A DNA stretch of 42,544 nucleotides from Octopus sinensis (Eukaryota), in the NCBI RefSeq assembly GCF_006345805.1, contig NW_021835124.1, positions 1-42,544 on the forward strand, given 5' to 3'. The notes below the pieces were generated by a model. It did no database searches. It had not been told where the DNA came from and saw nothing but the letters and a program-made list of their open reading frames with translations. A program made the position numbers and the translations under genes. Below are positions 21,605 to 33,919 of the stretch, piece by piece. Numbering within the stretch: position 1 is the stretch's first letter; each line of letters opens with the position of its first letter.

Positions 21605-22830
21605 ATATGTGTGCATATATGAATGTATGTATGTATGTATGTATGTATGTATGTATGTATGTATGTATGTATGTATGTATGTATGTTTGTATGTGTGTGT
21701 ATGTATGTATGTATGTTGTATGTATGCATGTATTATGTATGTGTGTGTGTATGTATGTGTGTATGTATGTATGTATGTATGTATGAATGTATGTATGTAT
21801 GTATGTATGTATGTATGTATGTATGTATGTATGTATGTTTGTATGTATGTATTATGTATGTGTGTGTGTATGTATGTGTGTATGTATGTATGTATGTATG
21901 TATGTATGTATGTATGTATGCATGCATGTATGCATGCATGCATGCATGCATGTATGTATGTATGTATGTATGTATGTATGTATGTATGAATGTATGTATG
22001 TATGTATGTATGCATGTATGTATGTATGTATGTATGTATGTATGTATGAATGTATGTATGTATGTATGTATGCATGTATGTATGTATGTATGTATGTATG
22101 TATGAATGTATGTATGTATGTATGTGTCTGTGTATGTATGTATGTATGTATGTATGTATGTATGTATGAATGTATGTATGTATGTATGTATGTATGTATG
22201 TATGTATGTATGAATGTGTGTGTGTATGTATGTATGTATGTATGAATGTATGTATGTATGTATGTTTGTATGTATGTATGAATGTATGTATGTGTGTGTG
22301 TATGTATGTATGTATGTATGAATGTGTGTGTGTATGTCTGTATGATGTAGTATGTTGTGGTTATGTATGTATGTATGTATGTATGTGGTGTGTGTGTATG
22401 TAGGTGTGTATGTATATGCATGTATGTATGTATGTATGTATGTATGAACGTATGTATGTATGTATGTATGTATGTATGTATGTATGTATGTATGTACGTA
22501 TGTATGTATGTATGAATGTATGTATGTATGTATGTATGTATGTATGAATGTATGTATGAATGTATGTATGTATGTATGTATGAATGTATGTATGTATGTA
22601 TGTATGTATGTATGTATGTATGTATGTGTGTGTGTATGTATGTATGTATGTATGTATGTATGTGTGTGTATGTATGTGTGTATGTATGTGTGTATGTATG
22701 TATGTATGAATGTATGTATGTATGTATGTATGTATGTATGTATGAATGTATGTATGTATGTATGTATGTGTGTATGTATGTATGTATGTATGTATGAATG
22801 TATGTAAGTATGCATGTATGTATGTGTGTA
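21605..22830. repeat. ~1.2-kb (TATG)n microsatellite with TGAA/TGCA/TGTG variants
   Basis: Seen directly. Confidence 0.97.
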
Positions 22831-23469
22831 TACAAAATATGGGAGTTTAGTTCACAGGTGATCTAAACGACTAGGTACGCTAGATAAGTGCTGTAATGGA
22901 TTACTAGGGCTCCAAGGTTAAAGCCAAGACGGTTGTCATGGAGCCGTTGAGGGTTCAGATATAGCGGATATAATTGTTTAAGGGGACAACAAACATTAAG
23001 GCAAGGCAAACATCTCAAGTCATAAACATTATAATCATTGGAAAAAAAATTCAAAGTCTTTTAGGTATTTTGTGGGATTTCAGTTTTTTTCAAAACCCTG
23101 TAAGAAGACTCGGAAGGTTAAGCCTCCAACTAGGCTTTTCGCGATATCCTTAAAGCCGGGAATTTTTCAACACCTGTTATCGCTACACCTATTCTATGGT
23201 TTTGTCTAATTTTTTTCCACGTATCTACTTATAACTGTCACTTCGTTTTTCAAACAAACGTGATATCGTTAACCAAAATGGTTCCATTATTTCATATAAT
23301 TCCAACTTTGTTCCTTATAACATTCAAACGTCTTCACTTTGGACCATTGTGTAACCAGATTTCAGTAGTATTGATTCCTTTTTCCCGTATTCTACGTTGT
23401 AAGTTGTGAAACAACCCTGACATAAAAATACACGCATAATTACATATATATTTTGTGTTTGTGTATATA

Positions 23470-23905
23470 TAAATATATGTGTTTGTTTGTACGTATGTAT
23501 GTATGTATGTATGTATGTATGTATGTATGTATGTATGTATGTATGTATGTACGTATAATTGAATATGTGTGTGTTTTTATATATTCCTAGAGAAAGGTGC
23601 CCATGCACGCGCATGCACATATGTATGTATGAATGTACGTACACATGGGATATTTATATATATATATAATATATAATATAAACACAGAGCAAAATAGACC
23701 GCGAGAGAAAATAGAGAAGAGACAAGCAGAGAGAAACAGACAGACAAACGATAAACATACACATTCCGACACACACATACATAACGCACACACACACACA
23801 CATACATACACGCACACGCACACACACACACACACACATACATACACGCACACACATACACACACACACACATACATACACAACACACACGCACACACAC
23901 ACATA
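23470..23905. repeat. (TATG)n, (TA)n and (CA)n tracts
   Basis: Seen directly. Confidence 0.85.
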
Positions 23906-24718
23906 TAGCCAATACTATAGTTTGACCTAGGCCAACTACAAGAATGTTCCACTCTCACCTCTACTCTTCTCTGCTATGACTTGTCGACCAATCAATCATA
24001 TTTTTAACAATTTACAGATTCTTTGATCCGACTCACAAGAGTCATAGTATCTTTTCTTTTCAAAAGAATACCATTCTTTTGTTTCGCAAGCTATTCAACG
24101 AATCTTGCTTCCCTATCCATCATTTTTCACCCTCCCTCCCCCCGTTACCATTATTGTCTGCGGGAATACACATGACAAAATTCTCCAGGAACATAAGTTC
24201 TCCTTTCCTCTGCTTTGCTTTCATCTACGACATCAGACCAATTTTTCGCATTTTACATAAAGATAAACATTTTTCCCTTTCCACTCTTCTCTCATTCAAT
24301 GCGACATTTTTATTTTTCGTTTGACAATTTCAAATGTTTGCTTCCGTATATACATATTTTTCACACAGATATTTCCTACCAGAATATATATATTCGTTTC
24401 TTTTGAAGACTTGTGGCCATAAATTTATACCAAACGTGAAACAGCACACTTCAAATGGCAAAGAAGTTTCTAGCTAACTAACGGTGCATCCGAGATTTCG
24501 TTATGCGTTCTATTACGTATAGCGGCCAGATCTCTCGCAATACGTACAATGGCTTTCAAAAGGATATAGATGCTAAATCTTTCCCTCAAAACATACGATG
24601 TCTTTAAAAATAAACATGAGACCCCGGATTAGGTAGTTTTAAAGAGTGAGACAGATAGACAGAAAGAGGGAGGGAGAGATAAGAGAGAGAGAGTAGTAAT
24701 GTAGTTAAGCCTAAGTTA

Positions 24719-25040
24719 GACGCATGGCTCAGTTATTTGAGCGTCGGGCTCATTATCATGTGATCGCGAGTTCGATTCCCAGACCGGACAGTACGTTGTG
24801 TTCTTGAACAAAACACATCATTTTACGTTGCTCCAGTTTACCCACCTGCGACATCACTGATGCCAGACCGTATCGGCCTTTGCCTTTCCCTTTGATAACA
24901 TTGGTGGCATGAAAAGAGGAAGATGGTATGCATGGGCGATTGCTGGTCTTCCATGAGCAACCCTGCCCCAACTTCTGCCTCGGAGAACTTTCTAGGTGTA
25001 ATTCCATGATCATCTCATGACTGAATGGGGGTCTTTACCC
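24719..25040 (+). mobile_element. SINE family C
   Basis: 'gcatggctcagt..gagttcgattccc..gttgtgttcttgaacaaaacac'; homolog of 4896-5232. Confidence 0.85.
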
Positions 25041-25127
25041 ATTTAATATATAATGTAATATATATGTATATATCGTTCCAGCACACGATCTCAGATCAGG
25101 TCACTTAATAGCAAGTACATCTCCGTA

Positions 25128-25194
<67 letters not shown>

Positions 25195-25230
25195 ATAGAA
25201 TATATATATATATATAATATATATATATAT

Positions 25231-25414
25231 GTTTGGTGATTTTCTTTCTGAGTCTTCCTTTCCTTGGACTTTCCTTTTTTCTATGTTTCTGACGAAGAGC
25301 TCTGCTCGAAACATTAAATCCTCTTTCTTTCTTTCCTTTCCTGAGTGTCCAATAACACTATACTTGTTCTACGTCCTCGCGTTGTTGTGTTTTCTCTTTG
25401 TTCATGTTTTGATA

Positions 25415-25418
<4 letters not shown>
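25231..25418 (+). mobile_element. Penelope-like terminal fragment between (TA)n tracts
   Basis: Carries a hammerhead-like motif; (TA)n-flanked, pyrimidine-rich terminus; PLE assignment is inference. Confidence 0.55.
25285..25319 (+). ncRNA. Minimal type I hammerhead ribozyme-like motif (decayed)
   Basis: GTTT-CTGACGA-A-GAGC(TCT)GCTC-GAAAC-ATT-AAAT: core, stem II and 4-bp stem I present; stem III mismatch. Confidence 0.6.
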
Positions 25419-25510
<92 letters not shown>

Positions 25511-25511
<1 letters not shown>

Positions 25512-25798
25512 AATTACCCTCAGGCTGCACCTCTTCTACCTATGGATTACTGTGTACTCTGCTTTTGATGAAAAATTCTTGTAATACACCACGACATTAC
25601 GTAAAACTATTATTATTATTACAATTCCACTACACACCTTATTTCTCTCCTTGTTTCCTTCTGCGTTCCTGTCTGTGGAAGAGCGTAGGCTCGAAACGTA
25701 AAAGACTTTTTCAATTCCTGAGCGTTATACTAATACATCTGTTTGTTTTGTACACCACCTGTCTTCGTCTTTTGTTTTTTTTCGTGAATTCACCCTAT
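25511..25798 (+). mobile_element. Second Penelope-like terminal fragment with hammerhead-like motif at 25673-25706
   Basis: CTGTGGA-A-GAGC(GTAG)GCTC-GAAAC-GTA; followed by (TA)n. Confidence 0.5.
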
Positions 25799-25999
25799 AT
25801 ATATATATATATATATATAAGTAATACTAAGCAATAAAGGGTTTAGCAACGAATTGCCTTACCACAGACCGAATTTAGAAATAGCAGTCAAAGAGTTATA
25901 GTTCTTCTACTAAAAAGGGAGATCTCAGTAAAAAACACAGCAATTGGAAGGCAGACACAAACAGGAAGAGAGAATGAATGACGGCAATCTATCATACAA

Positions 26000-26006
26000 T
26001 TTTAAG

Positions 26007-26051
<45 letters not shown>

Positions 26052-26108
26052 ATATGGTTATATATATATATGGTTTTGTCTCTAATTTAATATAATATTA
26101 TATATAAA

Positions 26109-26162
<54 letters not shown>

Positions 26163-26225
26163 CATGCAGGAAGTAAATAGACACCTTTAATTTTCAAAAT
26201 CTGTTCCAATATACTTTACTTTCAT

Positions 26226-26265
<40 letters not shown>

Positions 26266-26549
26266 TCATTTTTATGTTTATAGTCTTATATTTTTATATT
26301 TGTACTTCTATATTCTATATTAGTATCTAACACTTAATAAATATGTGGATATTTGCATGGAATAATACCTCTTGTCAGATATCTGGATTGTGAATTTGCT
26401 TGTCTGAATGTTTAAGACTATTGTTTGAAATTTTATCGTATACTAAATTTTATTAAATGTTATACTATAAATTGAAGCTTTGTCTCCATTAAAATTCTTA
26501 TATATATTATATAATATGATATATATATATAGATATATATATATATATA

Positions 26550-26581
<32 letters not shown>

Positions 26582-26800
26582 AGATATATATTATGTTATA
26601 TATATATATATAGATATACATACATATATATATATAAATATATATATAATACAAATATATATATATATATATACCACATAATACATACATATATACATAC
26701 ATACATACATACATAATACAATAACATACTACATGTATACATATACATACATATATACATATATATATCTATACATATATATACATATATATACATATAC
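26000..26800. repeat. (TA)n/(GA)n/(TACA)n low-complexity region containing a ~200-bp dispersed repeat (26161-26360)
   Basis: Seen directly; 26161-26360 aligns with 35900-36075. Confidence 0.85.
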
Positions 26801-27189
26801 ATATCTATATGCATATGTATAACTATAATCTGTCCACAGCACTTATTCAGCATTACCTGACACCTTTGGGTCTTCTTGGCACCATTACCTCTCATAACCT
26901 CAATATACATACATATATACATATATGATAAAAAGTAAAATTAATTAATTAATTCATTAATTAATAATTAATAATTTTACCAAGTATTCAGTAAGTTATG
27001 CATAACCTTTTTATGAAAACTTATACAAACATTCTATAATTATATACATAATTATAATCAGTGCATGGTGAAGCAATTAGCTGACCCCTGATTATAATTA
27101 TATACATATATATATATACATATATATATATATATGTGTACATATATATATATATAAACATTGGTCCTTCACGCACACATACACACCCA

Positions 27190-29320
27190 CTAACATCAAA
27201 ATGTCCTGGCAGTCATTTGTAGAAAACCATTACGAACATATGTGCAAAACACACCCCATTAAGATCTGCAAACAAATCTAAGTGTCGAATCCCTAGAAAT
27301 AGAAAATCTCTCATCAGGAAAATTAAAAGAATTAACAAAAAAATCAACAAGCTGAAATACTGTCAACAGCAACATTGACTGTCATCTCGTTGCTAGAGAT
27401 TAAAAAACATAAAACTCCAAAACAACATGATGTCTATCATCAATAGTCAGCGAAGAGCTGAAGAGGCCTGGGCCATTGAGAAGATCAAACTCAATTCCAA
27501 GGTGTTCTTTTCATTGCAAAAAAAAACACAGAGTCACTGGTTCTACTGTTGGCCCTCTGATGATGTAAATGGACTCTTCAGACAATGCCAAAACCATGGG
27601 AGAGATATTGCAGAAAAACAATATTGCTCTGTTTGAGCAATCCTGGTATCAGTGATGTTACTCCCCAATACACTTTATCGGACATAACCTTTGGCGCTCC
27701 TGATGTCTTAGCAGCAATAAAGGAAATGAGGCATAATTCAGCAGTAGGTCCCGATAGGTTCCCTAACTTGCACCCCCTCTGGCCAATCTGTGGCGGAACT
27801 CACTGGATGCTGGATATATACCAGAAGACCTTCTATCCCAGTCTGTTGTCCCAGTTTTCAAATTAGGAAACAAATCGCTTGCCGTGAATTACCGTCCAAT
27901 CTCACTCACCTCTCATATCATTAAGGTATTTGGGAGAGTGCTGAGATCGCGTATGACTCACTTCTTGAGAGTCATAATATGCTGAACTCCAACCAGCATG
28001 GATTCCGTAATGGAAGAGATTGCCTGACGCAGCTACTGCATCATTTGATGACATTTGAGAGCCTTGGGAGAGGGTTCCAACACTGATGTCATCTACCTTG
28101 ATTTCAGCAAGGCCTTTGACAGGGTTGATCATAAGATCCTTTTGAGAAAGCTGTCCAATATTGGTGTCACTGGAAAGCTGCTGCAGGGATCAAGTGCTTC
28201 CTGTCTAACAGAACCCAACATGTTGTAGTCGAAGGAGTCAAATCCAGCCCAGCAAAAGTCAGCAGTGGTGTCCCACAAGGCACTGTGTTGGTCCCACTTC
28301 TCTTCATCATCTACATAAATGATATTACTGACACCATCAAACACAGTAACATCAGACCTTCGCTGATGATTCCAAGCTCCAGAAGGTCATCAATGGCGTG
28401 GATGACGAATAAGCCTTCAGTCAAGACCTACTGGCTGTTGTCCAATGGGCGGAAAAGAACTACATGTTGCTAAACGAAGACAAATTCGAACTGATCCACT
28501 TTGGAAGGGAGGACGCTCTGAAACTCCCATACTCCCTTCCTCTGGAGAAATTCTCATGGCGTCCAACAACATCAGAGACTTGGGAGTAACTGTGGACAAC
28601 AACATAAGCTGGCTACACATATAAGCAGCAAGTTGACATGGCCCGCAGAATGTGTTCCTGGATTCTCAGAACCTTCCAGTCGAGAGATTCCACACTATAT
28701 TCCTTCTCTTCTCCACTTTTGCCCCACGCTACCTTGAATACTGCTGCCACTGTGGTCTCCCTACACAAAACAAAATATAATGAGAACTGAAGCTCCCCAA
28801 AGGTCAATCACAAAAAAGATAGATGGCATGTCAGACTTTGACTACTGGGGTAGACTAGAGAAGCTGAAACTGTACTCACTCCAACGACGCCGTGAACGCT
28901 ACATTATCTGTATGATGTGGAAAATATTCCATCAGCACTGTCCGAATGATGTTGGCATCACCTTCAAAATACATCCAAGGCTTGGACCACGTGCCATCCG
29001 TCCACAACAAAAATCTAAATCGCATCACATAACGACAATAAGGCACAATTATTTCACCTCAATTGGACCCGCTCTCTTCAATGTTACACCAGGACACGTC
29101 AAAACAGAAACTGACCACACAAAATTCAAGAAGTATTTGGACAAATTCCTTCAAACAGTTTCGGACAAACCACCCACACCCGGATATGTCTCCGCAAACA
29201 ATAACTCTCTGCTCGAATGGGCCTCGGTGCCAAATCTGAATTGAAAGACTTCGCCAGGTGGTGCTATTAAGTTAGACATGGCCTGGGCCAATACTGTCCA
29301 AAACCTTTCTATGTTATTCT
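27190..29320 (+). mobile_element. 5'-truncated CR1/Jockey-group LINE, RT domain to 3' end, frameshifted
   Basis: NYRPISLTSH, QHGFR, YLDFSKAFDRVDH, SGVPQGTVL, FADD, LEKLKLYSLQRRRERY; short 3' UTR with repeated 'ttattc' tail. Confidence 0.92.
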
Positions 29321-29363
29321 AAGTTATTCTTATACATATATATATATATTTAATCAATATATA

Positions 29364-29402
<39 letters not shown>

Positions 29403-29465
29403 TACATTCATATATATATATCAATATATATACATAAATATATATATAACATATATACACACCAC

Positions 29466-29520
<55 letters not shown>

Positions 29521-29524
<4 letters not shown>

Positions 29525-29640
29525 CGTGATCACCGTGACCGACCAGGCTATCAGATGGTGTTACACATCGCTGGTCACAATGCGCTTCGCATTGTTTTAG
29601 CCTTGAAATGACGCCACCCCACTGGCTAAGCGAGCAGGCC
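29521..29640 (-). mobile_element. SINE family D 3' tail fragment (tail type 3) inside (TA)n
   Basis: Matches 34755-34874. Confidence 0.88.
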
Positions 29641-29649
29641 ATATATATA

Positions 29650-29691
<42 letters not shown>

Positions 29692-29716
29692 ATATATATA
29701 TAATATATGGTATATA

Positions 29717-29782
<66 letters not shown>

Positions 29783-30016
29783 ATATATATAGACGGGACA
29801 CAATAGATACAGAATAAAAGGAAAATATATATCATGGCATTATCCACTACCTTAATACGACTTATTACCGCTTATGTGTCCATAACTTTCTTGATTTCGC
29901 CTTTTTCCCTCTTGTCCTGAGTATTTAACTGAATCGGCCTTCCCACTCGGCAAATGCAAGGTCTATCTGTGAACCAGGCCACATGTGCTGCCTACATGAA
30001 ATAGGTACCAAATACC

Positions 30017-30116
30017 TATTTCTTTATTACCCACAAGGGGCCAAACATAGAGGGGACAAACAAAGACAGACATAGGTATTAAGTCGATTACATCGACCCC
30101 AGTACGTAACTGGTAC
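30017..30116 (-). mobile_element. SINE family B 3' fragment
   Basis: Reverse complement of 'gtaccagttacg..ccccttgtgggtaataaagaaata'. Confidence 0.85.
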
Positions 30117-30291
30117 AAATACCACGTCAACAAAAGAGACAGTGAAACCAATGGGGCTCCAAGATGCAAATTAAAATTTATATTAAGTCACTTCCTGTAG
30201 AAGACATTACATATGTGATAAGCGGCTGCCCCCAAATCTCATGCAATGCGACGTTCTCGCACAAACAATGTACAATGCCATCCGGAAGAAA

Positions 30292-30522
30292 GGCGGCGAG
30301 CTGGCAGAATCGTTAGCACGCCGGGCGAAATACTTAGCAGTTTTTCAACTGTTTTTTACGTTCTGAGTTCAAGTTCCGCCGAGGTCAACTTTGTCTTTCA
30401 TCCTTTCAGGGTCGATTAAATATGTACCAGTTACGCACTTGGTCGATGTAATCGACATAATCCCCTTGTCTGTCCTTGTTTGTCCTCTCTATGTTTAGCC
30501 CCTTGTGGTCAATAAAGAAATA
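30292..30522 (+). mobile_element. SINE family B inside the RLE LINE
   Basis: Full head to tail; removing it with the short 'agaaa' duplication restores the IRKKDTP codons. Confidence 0.9.
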
Positions 30523-30668
30523 AGAAAGATACTCCTGGAGTAAATACAGTGAACCCCGCTGTTATTGAATGCATACACAAATATCAATACAAGGAACATT
30601 GGTGGAATCTGCCCATCAAAACATCTGCCAAGTGTAAACATGACAATCTGGATATTGTTGCTTGAGGC

Positions 30669-31736
30669 AGACAAGTAAAATATGGACCGTCAAAGAGGTC
30701 AGACAAGTAAAGTATAGACCGTCAAAGAGGACAAGTAAAGTATGGACCGTCAAAGAGGATAAGTAAAGTATGGACCGTCAAAGAGGACAAGTAAAGTATA
30801 GACCGTCAAAGAGGACAAGTAAAGTATGGACCGTCAAAGAGGACAAGTAAAGTATGGACCGTCAAAGAGGACAAGTAAAGTATGGACCGTCAAAGAGGAC
30901 AAGTAAAGTATGGACCGTCAAAGAGGACAAGTAAAGTATGGACCGTCAAAGAGGATAAGTAAAGTATGGACCGTCAAGAGGACAAGTAAAGTATGGACCG
31001 TCCAAAGAGGACAAGTAAAGTATGGACCGTCAAAGAGGACAAGTAAAGTATGGACCGTCAAAGAGGACAAGTAAAATATAGACCGTCAAAGAGGACAAGT
31101 AAAGTATGGACCGTCAAAGAGGACAAGTAAAGTATGGACCGTCAAAGAGGACAAGTAAAGTATGGACCGTCAAAGAGGACAAGTAAAGTATAGAACGTCA
31201 AAGAGGACAAGTAAAGTATGGACCGTCAAAGAGGACAAGTAAAGTATGGACCGTCAAAGAGGACAAGTAAAGTATGGACCGTCAAAGAGGACAAGTAAAG
31301 TATAGACCGTCAAAGAGGACAAGTAAAGTATGGACCGTCAAAGAGGACAAGTAAAGTATGGACCGTCAAAGAGGACAAGTAAAGTATGGACCAACAAAGA
31401 GGACAAGTAAAGTATGGACCGTCAAAGAGGACAAGTAAAGTATGGACCGTCAAAGAGGACAAGTAAAGTATGGACCGTCAAAGAGGACAAGTAAAGTATG
31501 GACCGTCAAAGAGGACAAGTAAAGTATGGACCGTCAAAGAGGACAAGTAAAGTATGGACGTCAAAGAGGACAAGTAAAGTATAGACCGTCAAAGAGGACA
31601 AGTAAAGTATGGACCGTCAAAGAGGAGAAGTAAAGTATGGACGGTCAAAGAGGACAAGTAAAGTATGGACCGTCAAAGAGGACAAGTAAAGTATGGACCG
31701 TCAAAGAGGACAAGTAAAGTATGGACCGTCAAAGAG
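30669..31736 (+). repeat. 28-bp minisatellite, ~38 copies (ggacaagtaaagtatggaccgtcaaaga)
   Basis: Highly homogeneous head-to-tail units with no spacers. Confidence 0.97.
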
Positions 31737-32836
31737 AATATCTTTTTAAAAATCAAAGAGAAAGAGAATAACTATGGACAACTGCTTCGAAACATCCAGC
31801 TTCTATATCCAGATTATAAATTCATATATATACCAACAATAATTAGTGCACTTTGTTTTGTGTATAAATGCCCCCAACTGATCCAAGATGGATAAGCTAG
31901 CGCTTTTCAGAGAAAAGAAATCAACCAACTAATTTGCTATTACAAATGCAATCTGTTAGTGGAACAGTAAAATGTAACACATTGGATATGCTGTTGAGCC
32001 AAGAATATGACCGCGCGGTCATATTCTTGCACGTGACCACTTGCTCGTGACCACGTGGTCTACATTTCTAACTCTTCTTCACGATATTACTACCTCCAAG
32101 TAACTTTTTTAAGCACGTAATAAATATTAGGTTTCCCCCTATCTCACGTTATGGACGCTTCTCTCTTCCTCTTTTTCTCTCTCCTTCTTTTACTCGCTCC
32201 CGCTTTCTCTCTCACTCTTTGCCTTACCCTCTTTTTCTCTCTCCTTCTTCTTCCTTCCTCTCTGTCTCTCGCTTTGAGTCTTTCCTTTCAACTAATCACA
32301 CGAAAGCGTAAACAACTAACGGAGGAACGAGCAGAATTATCATTAGATTCTGTGTCTAGTTACATCCCTTTGAATTTACCTACACTTGTGACTGTATGTG
32401 TATGTGTGTAAGTTAGTGTGTGGGGGAGAGAGAGAGTGTGTGTGTTACCCCCCCCCTCTTCGCAATATTCCCTATTACCTTACTTTTTTCGCCCTTTTCC
32501 TGTCATAATTAAAATTACACGTTTTTGTCCTTAATTGTTGTCTGTTACACGAAACATCAATTTTAAATCAATTAAGAATATTCTGAAGACTTCGTTATCG
32601 ATAAGAATCAAACATTTTACAATTACTTTGTTCCGTTTTCTCTAAAAACAATTTTATTCTTAAATTCATAATTGACTTAAGTAATTTATTTAATGGCTGC
32701 ATGCGTGGCTCCATGAATAATATGTTCAATTTGCAGTCATGTAGTTCTGAGTTTGATTCCATCCCGCAGTTTCTTGGTTGCCTGTGATTTGCGTTATTTG
32801 TTGCAGTAGTGTCGAGTGGTAATAATGTTACAATAT

Positions 32837-33251
32837 GGCGGCGAGCTGGCGGAAACGTTAGCACGCCGAGCGAAATGCGTAGCCGTATTTCGTCTGCCGT
32901 TACGTTCTGAGTTCAAATTCCGCCGAGGGCGACTTTGCCTTTCATCCTTTCAAGGTCGATAAATTAAGTACCAGTTACGCACTGGGGTCGACATAATCGA
33001 CTTAATCCGTTTGTCTGCCCTTGTTTGTCTCTTCTGTGTTTAGCCCCTTGTGGGTAGTAAAGAAATAGGTATTTCGTCTGCCGCTACGTTCTGAGTTCAA
33101 ATTCCACCGAGGTCGACTTTGCCTTTCATCCTTTCGGTGTCGATTAAATAAATACCAGTTACACACTGGGGTCGATATAATCGACTTAATCCGTTTGTTT
33201 GTCCTTGTTTCTATCCCCTGTGTTTAGCCCCTTGTGTGTAGTAAAGAAATA
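32837..33251 (+). mobile_element. SINE family B head-body-body dimer
   Basis: Junction 'aaagaaata|ggtatttcgtc' at 33067/33068; single 17-bp TSD ggtaataatgtt(a/t)caat at 32818-32834 and 33252-33268. Confidence 0.9.
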
Positions 33252-33919
33252 GGTAATAATGTTTCAATGAAGGCGGCGCTTGATCTCGTGGTCTCAATGT
33301 ATGGCTAGCAATCATAATATCGTAGGTTAGATTTCTCGATTGGGTGACGCAACATGTCCTTGAGCAAAGCAGTTTGCTTTTATGTAGCTCTGTCTACTCA
33401 ATAGAAAATGTGCCGAAGCTGCGTGTTGGTACAGCTCTATTTCTTCAAGATGTCACATCTTGGATATGTTGTTGTGCCAAGAATATGACTACGCTTGCTC
33501 ATGACCACATCTGCATGGCTACCTAAATCGAATAGCGAAAACATGGTGCATGTTACCAATCTATACTTGTTCGATGAGAACGACTGGCTTTTAGTGCCAA
33601 TAGTGTTGTGTGAGTTGTTATGTGTTCTTGTATGGGTGAATGTCAGTTGTGTGGAGTGTATGCTGCACGAGTTATATGCATTGTGTTATATTTTTCGGAT
33701 AACAATTATGTAGAATATGACGTATGTGAGCTGTTGACGGAGTTACATTACGGAGTCCATCATGTAAGAGTACTAACGCATATTCAAATAAGTGTTGCAG
33801 AGCGTTTATTAACCGGAGCTTCCCGGAACCCAAGGGTTCCACAAAAGGTTCTTAGGGGTTCCGCGAGAATGAGTGATATGAGTATAATTTCATTATATAT
33901 ATATATATAATGGGTAATC

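Larger units (their letters stand above)
30130..31975 (+). mobile_element. RLE-type (R2-superfamily) LINE 3' fragment, interrupted by a SINE and a minisatellite
   Basis: EDITYVISGCPK (zinc knuckle), YNAIRKKDTP, WWNLPIKTSAKCKHDNLDIV, then KIKEKENNYGQLLRNIQLLYPDYKFIYIPTIISAL. Confidence 0.75.

Noticed and set aside
21344-22835. Long His/Thr/Tyr/Ile or Met/Tyr/Val/Cys ORFs (up to 360 aa)
   Set aside because: Translations of (TATG)n, which lacks stops in several frames; the same applies to ORFs over (TA)n, (GT)n, (ATT)n and (CTA)n elsewhere
30669-31736. CRISPR array
   Set aside because: 28-bp units are head-to-tail with no unique spacers, there are no cas genes, and the context is eukaryotic
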